DNA from: Picochlorum sp. SENEW3
Taxonomy: Eukaryota
Direction of reading: 5' to 3'
Assembly: GCA_034226945.1 (NCBI GenBank)
Contig: CP120461.1
Location: 806,001-870,000, forward strand
DNA: 64,000 bases
In this document: piece after piece, positions 22,054 through 34,300 of the stretch
How the letters are laid out: every line of letters begins with the position of its first letter
Position numbering within the stretch: the first letter of the stretch is position 1
Program-made: the position numbers and the translations under genes
Notes under the pieces: generated by a model
What the model was told of the DNA's origin: nothing
Databases searched by the model: none
Seen by the model: the letters and a program-made list of their open reading frames with translations, nothing else

Positions 22054-23700
22054 ATGGGAGGGGCAGTTGAGTATAGCACAGAACAAGCACAACGCAAGCA
22101 GTCTCCCATTCTTGCCAATGGATTGGCTATTCTTCTTGTATCTCGGCTGCTGAGTGCATGGTACAATATTATTCATGATTGTGATGAGGTTTATAATTAC
22201 TGGGAACCTTTGCATTACATCATGTATGGATATGGGATGCAAACATGGGAGTACAGTGCTGCATTTGCTCTTCGGTCTTGGTGGTATATAGTACTGCATG
22301 GTATGATTGGATGGCCATTATCACTAGTATTTGGTAAAGTCGCGGTGTTTTATGGTGTCAGAGCGGTGTTGGCAGTACTGTCTGCTCTGGCTGAATGGAC
22401 ACTGTGCAGTGCTGTGGCAACAAGGTATCATCCTCATGTGGCAAAACTGTACCTGGTGTTTTCTGTGTTTTCATCGGGCATGTTTGTATCATCTAGTGCA
22501 TTTTTGCCGTCGTCTGTGGCCATGGTTGCCATGACGTTGGGTGCTGCCGGTGTGCTGCAGCGCAATGACACCCTGGTCATTTGGTCAGCGGTTGTTGGAT
22601 GTACATGGGGATGGATTGTTGCCGCGCTGGCCTTTATTCCATATGCTATATGGGTACTTGTGTCCAGTGAAAATATGTTTAGGTCCTGGAGGACTCTTTT
22701 TATGGCAGCCATGGCTGCATGCGTTCCTCTAGTTGCGTGTGATCGTTGGTACTATGGGTCATGGAAGGCATCTCTTGTCAACTTTTTGGAATATAATGTC
22801 AAGGGTGGGGGTAAGAGCGATTTGTATGGTATTGAACCAGCAACATATTATCTTCGGAATGGGTTGAATCAGCTACAGACGGTGCTGCCTTTGGCGCTCG
22901 TGTTTCCATTGATGATTGGATGGAAGCCACGTAGTCACTCCATGCCTCGGACTACTGCCTTGTTTACAGTACTCGCACCAGCATTTGTATGGCTTGCTGC
23001 GATCTCCTATCTCCCACATAAAGAAGAGAGGTTTTTGTATGTTGTATACCCACTCCTGCTTCTTGCAGCAGCCGCAGTCACAGTCCAGCTCAAGGATTTC
23101 TTCAATGCAGTGTTCCCTGCCTGGTTGGTTCGCAGGCTCGTTGCATTCGGCGTATTAAGCACTTGTGTGTTGGGTATCAGTCGTACACGTGCACTGACAC
23201 AACACTATGGAGCACAAATGTCGCTGTACAGAATGCTGCCTGCTGATTCGAATCAGCAGGCACGTGTGTGTGTGGGAACAGAATGGTATAGATTTCCATC
23301 ATCCTTCTTCCTCCCTGGTCCTGAATATAGACTCCAGTTTGTCACGTCGGGATTTGATGGACTGTTACCACGACCATTTGAGGAAACGAAAGATGGAACT
23401 ATGGCAGCTCCACAACAATTTAATGATATGAATAGGTCAGAGCCAGATAATTATTGGGACAGTGCTGATGGATGTGATTACTTTGTGACATCAAGTACAC
23501 ACCATGATGATGCCACTCGACACATGATAGATGGTGCTGTGCTGGATCAAGAAAAATGGAAGGTGAGAGCGTCTGTACCAATGGTGGATACTGCGGCATC
23601 ACCAGCTCTCTATAGAGCATTATACATACCATTCCTGTCGGAGAAGCGGAATACGTGGATGACATATATATTACTCGAAAGAAAGAAATCACTCCTCTGA
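22054..23700 (+). CDS. ALG9: Dol-P-Man alpha-1,2-mannosyltransferase ALG9 (GT22)
   Basis: IHDCDEVYNYWEPLHY..YGYGMQTWEYS..FALRSW, AFLPSS, PHKEERFLYVVYP, VCVGTEWYRFPSSFFLP, FDGLLP. Confidence 0.95.
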   Translation: MGGAVEYSTEQAQRKQSPILANGLAILLVSRLLSAWYNIIHDCDEVYNYWEPLHYIMYGYGMQTWEYSAAFALRSWWYIVLHGMIGWPLSLVFGKVAVFYGVRAVLAVLSALAEWTLCSAVATRYHPHVAKLYLVFSVFSSGMFVSSSAFLPSSVAMVAMTLGAAGVLQRNDTLVIWSAVVGCTWGWIVAALAFIPYAIWVLVSSENMFRSWRTLFMAAMAACVPLVACDRWYYGSWKASLVNFLEYNVKGGGKSDLYGIEPATYYLRNGLNQLQTVLPLALVFPLMIGWKPRSHSMPRTTALFTVLAPAFVWLAAISYLPHKEERFLYVVYPLLLLAAAAVTVQLKDFFNAVFPAWLVRRLVAFGVLSTCVLGISRTRALTQHYGAQMSLYRMLPADSNQQARVCVGTEWYRFPSSFFLPGPEYRLQFVTSGFDGLLPRPFEETKDGTMAAPQQFNDMNRSEPDNYWDSADGCDYFVTSSTHHDDATRHMIDGAVLDQEKWKVRASVPMVDTAASPALYRALYIPFLSEKRNTWMTYILLERKKSLL

Positions 23701-25260
23701 TATATCAATGTTGTAATAAATAAACAGTGTACAAAATGCGACGAGGGCTGAGAGGGCGAATGGAACAAACTGATGCCCCCATGCATTGCCCATGGTGGCA
23801 AAGAGACGAATACTGCTTGCCCACATGACACCTCCTAAAAACGGACCCAATGCTCGCACGCCTGAAGCTAACGTTTGACCTAGTCCATTCACTTCACCTA
23901 ATGACTCCTTGGGAGCTGCCAAGTTGACCAATACGATACATGCCGTGAAGGCATTCGTGCCAGCAATGTATTTGAATGTGACTGCAGTCCACAACATGAC
24001 TTCAGCATTCAAAAACCCAACAGAGCTCAACGGGAACATCAAGGCTGTGGGTAGAGTCACGTATAATCCATAAATACAGGTGCGTATTGTACCATAATGC
24101 TTTGACATCCATTTATATCCCACAAGCATCCACACAATCAACACGATTCCACCGAATGATAATGGTCCACTCAGTTTTGATGGACTAAAGGCGAGCCCTC
24201 CCTCTGAGAGGGGCGCCGATGCAAAAATAGGAACTAATTCGTCCAGTATAATGTAACAAAATGCTATCAGTGCATATCCTGTGAGAGATAATTGTACAGC
24301 TCGTTGTTTATACCAAGGCGGATGAGATGTGCCATTGTCTGCTGCTGATTCACCAGGGTCCACAGAGTAATTCTTCTCGTGGTTGTTGTCTTCATCTCGT
24401 GTAGCTGTCCCATCATCGGTATGATGATGCGATTTGATCGTCCCACTCAGTTCCACCTCATTCTGATACCTAAATAAATCGCTATTCTTCTTGTACATGG
24501 CAACATCATGGCCAGTTTCTGGATCCTCCTGCACAGCCACTTGCTCATACCCTGCCTTTTGCTTGCTCGGCAAGGTTTCCTCAAGAAACACTGCCGTCAG
24601 GAATACCGCCACCACACTCAGAAGAGACGCGACAAGACAAGGCAAGAAAAATGGCTTCCGCGCCAACAACGAGCCATCTTCGCACGCCATATCCCCCTCT
24701 TCACCAACCACATTGTTCTGCTCTGTGACAAACCCACATGGATGTGCCAATACCCCCCCAATCATCGGACCGACCAACGTCCCCAGCCCCCACGTCATAC
24801 TAATATACCCTATAGCTTCACTCTGATCCTTCCGAGGCAATCCTTCCCCAATAACCGCCTTCTCCGCCCCAATAATACCATTCGTCGCTCCCATACAAAG
24901 CCGGGTCACACAGGCATGTACAAAGTTCCCAGACAAACCAAAGAGCAGTACAAAGACAGCACAGCTGACATTCCCTAAAACAATAATCGGTTTTCTACCT
25001 ACTCTATCACTTAATTTACCCAGCATAAAGCTAGTCAGTGTCTGTGCAAAGCAGAATGTAGCCCCCAACACTCCAGTCAGAAACCCAACCTCCTTCTCAG
25101 ACACCTCTTCCTTCTTGGAGAGGAAATCCCTCACCATATACACCCCAATCACATATGGAAGGGTCGTTTGCAATCCTTGGGTGAAATGTGTATACCAAAT
25201 CGGAAAAAGCGTCCAAAGCATGTGCTGTTTCACCCGCTCCCACAACCGACCCATGCCCAT
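23689..25260 (-). CDS. MFS transporter, ZINC-INDUCED FACILITATOR-LIKE type
   Basis: YMVRDF; GKLSDRVGRKP (MFS motif A); WGLGTLVGPMIGGVLAHP; PFFLPCL; GEVNGLGQTLASGVRALGP. About 12 hydrophobic segments. Start uncertain. Confidence 0.88.
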   Translation of the reverse strand: MGMGRLWERVKQHMLWTLFPIWYTHFTQGLQTTLPYVIGVYMVRDFLSKKEEVSEKEVGFLTGVLGATFCFAQTLTSFMLGKLSDRVGRKPIIVLGNVSCAVFVLLFGLSGNFVHACVTRLCMGATNGIIGAEKAVIGEGLPRKDQSEAIGYISMTWGLGTLVGPMIGGVLAHPCGFVTEQNNVVGEEGDMACEDGSLLARKPFFLPCLVASLLSVVAVFLTAVFLEETLPSKQKAGYEQVAVQEDPETGHDVAMYKKNSDLFRYQNEVELSGTIKSHHHTDDGTATRDEDNNHEKNYSVDPGESAADNGTSHPPWYKQRAVQLSLTGYALIAFCYIILDELVPIFASAPLSEGGLAFSPSKLSGPLSFGGIVLIVWMLVGYKWMSKHYGTIRTCIYGLYVTLPTALMFPLSSVGFLNAEVMLWTAVTFKYIAGTNAFTACIVLVNLAAPKESLGEVNGLGQTLASGVRALGPFLGGVMWASSIRLFATMGNAWGHQFVPFALSALVAFCTLFIYYNIDISEE

Positions 25261-25586
25261 GCTGTCGTCCACAAGAAGAGAGAACAACCTCCTACTTCTC
25301 AGGTATACCACAACGTTGGACCTATTCAACTACTCCTTCTACTGCTACATATGTAGTAATTAATTAATGCCATGAATTGTGCATTCATGTAGAACATCCT
25401 GTCCGCGGCCCATTCGAATTCTGCAGTCTTGTGGTTTCATCCACAGATCTCTTAGATAGGAGATCTCTGTCTCTCGCGATATCGCGATATCAGCACACGT
25501 GATTCTGATCACGCATTTCCCCCCCTCCCTTGCGGAGTCATTTTATTGCACTATTTGATTCATTGTGGTAGTATAGCAACAGTACC

Positions 25587-26477
25587 ATGGCGTGCTGTTC
25601 TTCTCGCACTATTGCTGGTTCGGCTCTGGTTCGTCAACAGACGACCAGTAGCAGGCGCGTTGGGTGCTCTCATAGGCTGAGAGTACACTATAATGGAAAT
25701 GTGGGAGATGCATCATCGGGTATGGCCCGATCTGGTGTTATGACCTTTGCTACCAGAGTTGATACCTTTCCACCATATCTGCCAGAATTAGGGGACGACT
25801 ACCATTCTACCATGGGCTTTTCTGAGTATGCGAATTGGTTGATACCTGGTGTGTTGATGGCTGGGAGATACCCATTTGTGGAGCCAAGCAGGTGTACAAA
25901 ACGAGCTGATGGAGAGGCCATGCTGGAGCAGTTGGTCATGTCTGGGATCAAGACATTTATTTCGCTACAGGGGGAGCTTCCACCGCAGGAAGAGATGCCA
26001 TTAAAAGGGGTTGATGGGTTTCAGGCGTACAAGGCTCCTGCAACATTGATTGCGGCGGCCTTGTCCGATCCCCCAACGGTGGAAGAAATGAATGGGTTGA
26101 GGACGCACTACTTGGACAAGTTCTTGCCGCCAAAGAGGGAAAAGAAGAATGCGTCGCCATCGAGGAGGATTATTGAACTGGATTTTCTTCATTATCCAAT
26201 TACGGATCTGTCTATTCCGACAATGTCGCAGCTTGATGGGCTTGTGGAGACGATCATAGAGAGGGCCAAGGACCAGGATGTGATGTATTTGCACTGCTGG
26301 GGAGGACGAGGGCGTGCAGGTACAGTTGGTGCGTGTGTATTGGGTAAAATGTATGGATTGAGTGGAGAGGAGGCGTTGACTCGAGTGCAGCGGGCGTTTG
26401 ACACGAGGAATGATGGAGGGAGAAAGAGTCCAGAGACTCCAGAACAACAGAACCTGGTCAAAGCATACCTCGCGTAA
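25587..26477 (+). CDS. Cys-based protein-tyrosine/dual-specificity phosphatase-like protein with transit-like N-terminus
   Basis: ANWLIPGVLMAGRYP; acid loop YPITDLSIP; P-loop LHCWGGRGRAGT (HCX5R); SPETPEQ. Confidence 0.82.
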   Translation: MACCSSRTIAGSALVRQQTTSSRRVGCSHRLRVHYNGNVGDASSGMARSGVMTFATRVDTFPPYLPELGDDYHSTMGFSEYANWLIPGVLMAGRYPFVEPSRCTKRADGEAMLEQLVMSGIKTFISLQGELPPQEEMPLKGVDGFQAYKAPATLIAAALSDPPTVEEMNGLRTHYLDKFLPPKREKKNASPSRRIIELDFLHYPITDLSIPTMSQLDGLVETIIERAKDQDVMYLHCWGGRGRAGTVGACVLGKMYGLSGEEALTRVQRAFDTRNDGGRKSPETPEQQNLVKAYLA

Positions 26478-26544
26478 TAATTATATATATTTTTACAACA
26501 TGTAAGAATTCATACACAGTATGAGCAGACTGAAGGGAGTATCG

Positions 26545-28610
26545 CTATGATTCATCAACTGGGACATCATACTTTGGCCAGAATTGATTGTCATGGAAAG
26601 CATTTGCATCCTGCTCGTTCCCATCATTTTCCTTCTTCTCAGTGGCATCATCGTCACGAACGATCTTTTCTTCTGATGAAGATGGTTTCTCCTCATCACG
26701 GACGTTCAGACCTTCCATTTCAGCACCCAGTTCCAACAGACCATCAGTTGCATCTGCTTCACCCAAGAGAACCTCGTCATCTTGCATATCCTCCATGGAT
26801 GAGACATCATTTGACACGCTGCTCAGGACCTTTGCTGCGGATATATCGTCATTTGCCTGCTCGTCGGTTTCAGTTGCAGTAATATCTTTGCTCATTGTTG
26901 CTGACCATTCTGCAAGATTCTCGTCATCCTCTTCGTCGTCCTCTTCTTCCAAAGCAGGGCTCGCAAATCTATTATGATCACTGTCAAAGTCGCATTCTAT
27001 ACTGGAGAAGGGCATATCCGTTGAGTACATGCCATGGATTCCCATAACTTGGGATGCTGGCCGTCCACATTGCCATGACATGACCGATTCGACTTTATTC
27101 CTCGATTCCAATTCATTCTCCACATATGACTTCCATGTGGAGCTGTTATCTAAGAAATTCTTCACATATTCACATCCTTCTCTTGTTCTTTGTAATCTAT
27201 TTGCAATTTGAGTCAAATGTCCACAGTATCCAGCCCTCAAGGGCTTCCTACGTACTTTCACCGGTGCATCTGGGTTTGGCTCTGGCAACACCTCAGTTGG
27301 GGCAGAGACAATCCAATCAACAACATCCACCTCCTCGAGCAAGAACTTTCTCAGTTCTACAGATCCTTCTTCAAAGGCAGTGAGCAGCATCGTCACTCCT
27401 CCATGAAGTGCATTATTAAATGGGTACTGCAAAAACATGTCCATTGCTTTTTTGATTGCATTTGTCTTCATCACAGCCTGCTCTGCCAATGGATCCCGAG
27501 ACCGAAACAAGGATGCCAACAAATCTACAATTTTTAACCGTAATTGGCCTACAGGAGGCTTGATCAAGCCATAGGTCGTTTTCAATTCGCTCAATGCTTT
27601 GGATTCATCCGCAGGGGGGTCCATCATCCCGACCAATTTATCAACTCCTTGTGACAAGCATTTCACGGCCTCGCGGCGCAACTGCTCATGAAGATTATTT
27701 TGAGGGAATCTATTCATCGTTGGATCGATCATAAGAGGCTCCAGTAATGCCAAGCACACATTGAGGGCATGGGACGCTGCAATCCCAGAATGTGGTGCAA
27801 GCGCAGAGTCAACAAGCGTCTGCATAAACTCTGCAGATGCCATGCTCTCTGTCAACGGCGTTTCTGTACTCCTCGCAATAGCAGCAAGTACTTCAGCTGC
27901 ATTTGCTTGCCCTTCTGGTGGGTTATCAGCACCCAACGATTGGACTAACAATGCTAGGATATCAGTCTCAGCCAACCACAACACAGATGGGGATTCCGAA
28001 TACCCTACAGGCTCATCTGCCCCAGCCAATCGAGCCAAAACCTCAGCAACACTGGTCGTATCCACATGGTACACGAACGCCTTTAATAATTCTGGCTTTT
28101 TCCTCAAATATTGAACAACATCACCTGACCTCCTTGCAAGCAATGCCCCCATAACTCTGGAGAAGTATCCCGCCAGAATTGTATTTAAAGGTCGCTCATT
28201 ATTCAACAATCCAAATAATGCATCCAAAATAGTCTCATGTTCCAACAAGGTGTTGTAAATTCCTTCCACCTCGCAACAAAAAATTTCACACGCTGTGAAA
28301 GGATACTTGAACACCCTCTTATCATCCGCATCCTCCTCAGGACTCGTCACCAAATACTCCACAAGCTTTTCCACATTCTCCTTCTTCCTCAAAAACTCTG
28401 TCAATCTAGGATTCAATGATTTACATTCTTGCACTACCTCCTCCTCATCCAACAACTCCTCCAGAGTATATTCCTCCTTATCCAGTATGACATCCACTGG
28501 AGATGCAGTATTCAATCCACTGACCTGCATATACAACAGATGAACGTCATCCACGAGTGTTCAGAGCAGCAGTACCTCAAGACGCTCGCTCAACCTACCC
28601 TCCAAAACAT
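26545..28610 (-). CDS. SIT4-associated protein / PP6 regulatory subunit (SAPS family); exons 28610-28599, 28524-26545
   Basis: Spliced N-terminus MFWR|VSGL..SPVDVILDKEEYTLEELLDEEE; FKYPFTACEIFCCEV; LAGYFSRV; YPFNNALH; RAGYCGHLTQIAN; acidic tail ending FHDNQFW. Confidence 0.92.
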
Positions 28611-29271
28611 GCCTCGTCACTGCCACACTATAAAATCTGACTCTGATACAAGTAGTATACAAAAATATGATACTCTCTACTCAAACAAATGGGAAAATAC
28701 GTCAATACATAAAAAATCGTCCCACGTCTTTATCTCCGTCGTTTTTGTTTCCTTCCTTCCTTCTACCATACACGATCAGCAAATCTGTTCTTCCACTGAT
28801 ATTTCAGAATACAATTATGGCAAAGTACGCCACAAACGAGCTCAAGTACTCCGGCAAGTGACGCTGAAACAAATTGTCCTGTAGGCCGTCACGTCCCTCT
28901 CTGCTCCACTCTACAAGAGACGCGATGCATTCTATCCTTGAATAACCTTCCTAGGGAACAATAACAGAAATATTTGTACACAACAGTCGAATACATGCAC
29001 CAGGCCAAGGAGCGCCGTTGCATTTTCATTCTCTCGGAGTCCGTATTAAAAGAGTATAAAAAAATAGAGCAGCATCTCAGCTTTTGATTTGCTGGACTCT
29101 GGTGCCTAGAAATAGGTATATTTGTACACGATTTCAACTATAAAGCGACTGAATACATCCCAAACGAGCGAACCAATAGGGTGTACGCGTGACTGTTCGT
29201 GAAACCCATGGATTCGTGTTTGTGTCTTGAAATACCACACAGACTGTGATTCATGGCCAACAAGGATGCAT

Positions 29272-31371
29272 ATGGGTGACATAATGGATAGATCGACGTC
29301 TGGGCGTCGACGGGATGTTCGACGGGTGACCTTTGTGTTGCCCCAGGTTGGGGGAACTCAACAACAGTGTTCTGGCCATTGTTCTGGGATCAATGCTATG
29401 TGTGTCCTGAAGCAACCTGCTGATAGTGGGAGCTTGATGAGGTTATGGACGGCATCTCGGGACTCTCTGGTGAAGGTGTGGGATTGCAATGGGACGCAGA
29501 GTGTGGAGAGTGCTGTGTGTGTTGGAGAATATGAAGGTCATATTGATTGGGTGAATGATGTGGTCGTCGTGAATAGAGATCTAGTGGCAACGTGTTCTTC
29601 AGACTGTACTGTTCGTGTGTGGAGTGATCAGCAGCATGGTAGTTTGGAATGCTATTCTGGGCATTCTGATTATGTGACTGGTCTGTGTTGTCCAGAGTCA
29701 GATGATGCACGATTGTTTTCGTGTGGTTTACTAGGAGAAGTATTTCAATGGGATATTAGTGGTGGGAAGCGTAAGCCTGTAGAGTCTTTGTCGAAGAAAG
29801 ATGTGGGGTCGAATAGTGTGTATTCTATTGCATGTGATGTGTCTGGGAATCTGGTGAGTGCGGGCTCTGCATCTGGAGTGGTATACATGATGGATACTCG
29901 AACAGGTCGGGTGGAGTTTGAGTTGATGGGACATGGGGATACGGTGAGGGATGTGGTGATGAGTTCTGATGGTTCCACCTTGGTGTCTGGGAGCTCTGAT
30001 CATACTGCCAAGGTGTGGGATACAAAGCAGCGGCGATGCATTCATACGCTGGCTATGCACACGGATTCTGTGTGGTGCATAGAAAAAGTGGATTCGGATG
30101 CTAGAGTAATATTTAGTGCTGGAAGGGATGGATGTGTGTATAAGACTGATACACGTGATTTGATGTGTGACTTGGTGGTGCGAGAAAAGACTCCCGTGAC
30201 GGCGTTGAGTGCAGGGCATGGTTTTGGGGCTGTCTGGGTGGGTACGGAGGAGTCTTCTGTTCGTTGCTATTCTGACGCAGAAGATATTGCTGAAAGTCGG
30301 GCGTGTACTGTTGGATCGCTGCCATCGTTGCGTTCCAGGAAGATTTTTGAATCAACTGGTGACTGTCATCCCCTGCCAACGTGCTCTGATGCTACAGTGA
30401 TGATACCTGGTATTCCTGCGATCGTTGATGTGAAGTTGCTAACGGATAAGCTTCATGTTCTTTCCAAGGATAGCGAGGGGCATGTGGGTTTGTGGGATGT
30501 GGCAAAGGCTTGCAAAATAAAGGAATTTGGAGTCTGTGATTTTGTAGAGAAGCAGCGGGACATGTTTGATCCTACTCAAAGCGCTCTGACGTGGTTTCAA
30601 CCCGATTCAAGTCTTGGAGTAGTTGCAGGTCATTTGACACCGTCGAATTGCTTCTCATGCGAAACGTATACGAGGCAGTTGGGGTATGGGAATGCGCCTG
30701 CTGATGAGAAGGTGAACTTGGCAGAGCAGATGTTGAATATTTTGTTTTCTAGATGGAAAAAAGCAAAGACGCAGGGGTCTGATGAAGACATGACATTTAA
30801 TTTAGACGATGATGGTTCTACCAGTGTATTCAAATTTGCCGAAGGTGTATCACCAGCAGTGATGGTGTCTGGGGATGACCACTCGGTGCCATGGAAGAAG
30901 AGTTGTTGGGAGATGGATGGTTCGGAAGATGTTCCGGAGTGGGTAGTTAGGTGTATTATGAGACATGAGTACCCGGTTAGTAAGCAGTTAAAGATGTCTT
31001 TTGTGCTCATGCCGCTCAAGGGATCGAATTTGCCTTCCATGTCGCAGAGTCGACTGACTGCTCCGCGCGTGCTCCAAGTTCAAAAGATGGTGGAGTACAT
31101 CGCAAAGAGACTGGAGGGCAAAGGGTACGAATGCTCTAAAGAGCCTATATATTGGTCTCAGAGTGAAGATAAATCTCCCAAGAAGAGTCCATCGAAGAAG
31201 AAAAAGCATTTCATCGTGTTGACGTGTAATGGAATGACTGTGCCGTGGGATTTCACATTGGCAGCTGTGAGGCAGTGGATGTGGAAGAGGCCTGAGGACT
31301 TGCACATTGAATACAGTTTTAGGAGTTCTAGTGACTCAATCGTTTTACCGAAAATTAAAATACCCATTTAA
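29272..31371 (+). CDS. WDR48: WD-repeat protein 48 / UAF1 (deubiquitinase cofactor)
   Basis: HCSGINA, LWTASRDSLVKVW, EGHIDWVND, TCSSDCTVRVW, GHSDYV, HTDSVW; C-terminal SRLTAPRVLQVQK...TLAAVRQWMWK. Start approximate. Confidence 0.9.
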   Translation: MGDIMDRSTSGRRRDVRRVTFVLPQVGGTQQQCSGHCSGINAMCVLKQPADSGSLMRLWTASRDSLVKVWDCNGTQSVESAVCVGEYEGHIDWVNDVVVVNRDLVATCSSDCTVRVWSDQQHGSLECYSGHSDYVTGLCCPESDDARLFSCGLLGEVFQWDISGGKRKPVESLSKKDVGSNSVYSIACDVSGNLVSAGSASGVVYMMDTRTGRVEFELMGHGDTVRDVVMSSDGSTLVSGSSDHTAKVWDTKQRRCIHTLAMHTDSVWCIEKVDSDARVIFSAGRDGCVYKTDTRDLMCDLVVREKTPVTALSAGHGFGAVWVGTEESSVRCYSDAEDIAESRACTVGSLPSLRSRKIFESTGDCHPLPTCSDATVMIPGIPAIVDVKLLTDKLHVLSKDSEGHVGLWDVAKACKIKEFGVCDFVEKQRDMFDPTQSALTWFQPDSSLGVVAGHLTPSNCFSCETYTRQLGYGNAPADEKVNLAEQMLNILFSRWKKAKTQGSDEDMTFNLDDDGSTSVFKFAEGVSPAVMVSGDDHSVPWKKSCWEMDGSEDVPEWVVRCIMRHEYPVSKQLKMSFVLMPLKGSNLPSMSQSRLTAPRVLQVQKMVEYIAKRLEGKGYECSKEPIYWSQSEDKSPKKSPSKKKKHFIVLTCNGMTVPWDFTLAAVRQWMWKRPEDLHIEYSFRSSSDSIVLPKIKIPI

Positions 31372-34300
31372 GTACGAGTTGTGTTTTTTATTTCTGCCAA
31401 TGCTTGACGCACTATTGTGTTTTTGCCCTGAACTGTATGCTGTCCCACTGACGGATTTGTTGCTTGGACCTTCTGGATCCTCAATGCCACGAGCAACTCG
31501 TCAAGAACCGTAATCTGTCGCTTTAATTTAAACAACGTCTTGGTTGCATTGGCAGCAGATACATCGGACCCTTTTTGTCCTTCAAGTCTGGTCAAGTATG
31601 CCGACACTTGAGAGTGCTTCATGGAAATGGCTCTGTGTACCCCTTGCAGCTTTTCAACAATAACTGCTGTGGATCCCACATAGGAGCAGAAGTTTTCACT
31701 TGAGGTCAGAATTCGTAACATTTCCACCAACGAATGAAAGCATGCCTGCATGATCAAAACAACACAAGGTCATCCTCTGTACACCTGCATGCATTTTTGA
31801 TGTGGACAATTATATACATTTCATACCTGCTGTTCACGAATTTGGAAGAGGAGAGACAAAAGAGTTTCGACCAGTCCGTTTTGAATCAAAATCTTTCCTA
31901 CTCTGTCAACAAATCGGCCGCAGGCGCACAAGGTTGTCAAGCACTTGAATCCTTCGCACATGCTATCCCTCCGTGATTGATCTCTCGATGTGGAGGCAAT
32001 GGCTTGTACCAACATGATCACCCCTTCCTTGCCTATGAATGACTCACAGCATGTGCATGAACTCCCCAGAGACCTCGAGAGATATTCGAGGGCTTCTAAT
32101 TCTGGAAGCACGGAGCCTCCCCGCATCTTTCGAAGGGCACTTTCCGTCAAACAACGCAGACTTGTGGGATCCTCAACACCTTCATCCTCAAGAGCTTTTG
32201 CTCTCACGTTTGCTTCGTGCAATCTTTCGCGTAGTCCAGAAATTATATCGCAATGAGGATGAAATGATCGAACCTGGTATCCTCTGAAATGTGTCTGAAT
32301 GACAACGGCTGCCTGCTCGTACTCTAGTTTCAGTGCAACACGAGCCTTTGCATCCATGTACAGGGACTGAATACTTGTTTTCATGTCCTCATACCTCTTG
32401 TGACTTCTCCAGGACCTTTGAATTTGCACGCACCTCATCCTACAGGTGATGAAACGTGTTCTTGCAAGATGCGCTTTGATCGCCGATTGGATGACCACAG
32501 CAGCCCATTCCAGTTGCTCTCTCTGCATCTTGGCCCTCCTTGCGTGTTCACGTGCTGTAGCGAACGCTCTCCAGCTTTGCTGGATTTTCATCGCCGCAGA
32601 TATTTGACGAGAGTATCCGTACATTGTATCATATAGACGATTCATTTTCTCCTGCAGTGTTTGAGACATGGCCTCAATCTGCTCATGCCTACGTGCCCGG
32701 ACAATTCTTTGAATGGTCAATATAGCATTCAGCCTCTCTTCTGAAACCTTCTTCGCCTGCTGTCGCCTAAAATGGTTTTGAATCACAACAGAAGAGTGAC
32801 ATATAGATTGAAAGTGCTTTCGCGCAACGTGCCTTCTCCAAACCGCCTGTATGTGGACAACTGCAGCCAGCCTGTGAGAAGCAGCCTGCTCTGCAAGCCT
32901 CTTCCTCACATGCACCTGAATAACGCAGGCAGACTCTCTCATAGAAATGAAGCACTCTCGCAGCTTTGCCATCCTCCAGTAACGTTGAATAGATATACAC
33001 GACCGCTGCAAAGATGCATAGTGCGCACGACATACGTGACCTCTCCAATGCGACTGTATTTTGACTGCAGCCCATGCCTCCAGATCCAAGCGGTCCTTGA
33101 CTGCCTGATAGATTCTCCTATCAGAAAATCCTCTCCACGCAGACTGTATAATGACTGTAGACTCTCTGAGTTTCAAAAACATGGCACGTTGCATCCTGCC
33201 CCTCCACAACGCCTGCATATGTGCAATGCTCTCAGCCAGTGCCTGGCGCATTGGAGCTGACAAGTCCACTCTCCTCCTGAACAAATAAGGCCTCACATTT
33301 CTTTGGATAACAACAGCTGCGTGTATCCATTTTTGAAGATGGTCCCGTGAATATCCGGGCTTTCGATGTCGTACACGTCTCCAGAATCTCTGTATCACAG
33401 TTGCAGCTCGTTGCTCATACTGCATAGACATGACTCTTTTGCACAACACGGCATAAAATACAACGAGACGGCGATGATCTAAATCTGACTCAAAGTACTC
33501 TTGTTCTGTTACCATCAAAGGCACTCCTCCAGCTGCCTTCAAAATTCTATCCAAGGCATCAAATGGTGCTTGCACAGCATCATAGACTGCCTTCCTAGCA
33601 ACACCAGGGGAACTAAGCATTCTCCCATAATAGGATAGTATCGACTCCAATATATTTTTCTTATCAGTAGATTTTGATAGCACATCTCCTTCCAGCATGA
33701 CGTTCTTCTCCGACGCGCAAATGCAGCACAACCACTTGAGAAGGACTGCAACAGATGTACTGCTCTTCATACTCTCATGCTGCAACAACCTCTGCATCGA
33801 ATCCACAACGGTATCAACCTGTGACATCGGAGATGTACTTTCTCTCACCACAATATCGCATTCCACCTGAATAGATCGCGTGTTCAGGGACCTAGGAATT
33901 TCATAGGTGATGATGCAATCCCACAGCAGGCTTGTCGTTGCAGAGTAGTCTCCATCAGCAACGTGTGTAGCCACCGAGGCATCAAACCCCATCCTCTTCA
34001 TAGCGATACAAATATTATTGATTCTATCAGATCTTTTAGAGGCAGGATATCGGGGCTTCAACGCATGCTCATGCTCTGTACACAAAACATCAGCAAGCCT
34101 ACACAGTCGAACCCCATCTCGCAAGTCCACAGACAAATTCTCAACACCCAAGTGGACACAGAGTCTTGGTGACTGAACATATGACACACAGTATCCAAAC
34201 CTTCTCAAGTACCTCTCTACATCAACTTGCTTCAACAACGTACCCATGCTGCTCTGCAGCACATGGTGGGATGCATGAATACCCAGATTTCCCCTTCCAC

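Noticed and set aside
28818..28940. Small ORF MAKYATNELKYSGK and a possible second exon
   Set aside because: It would need an implausibly short intron, and no homology was recognised.
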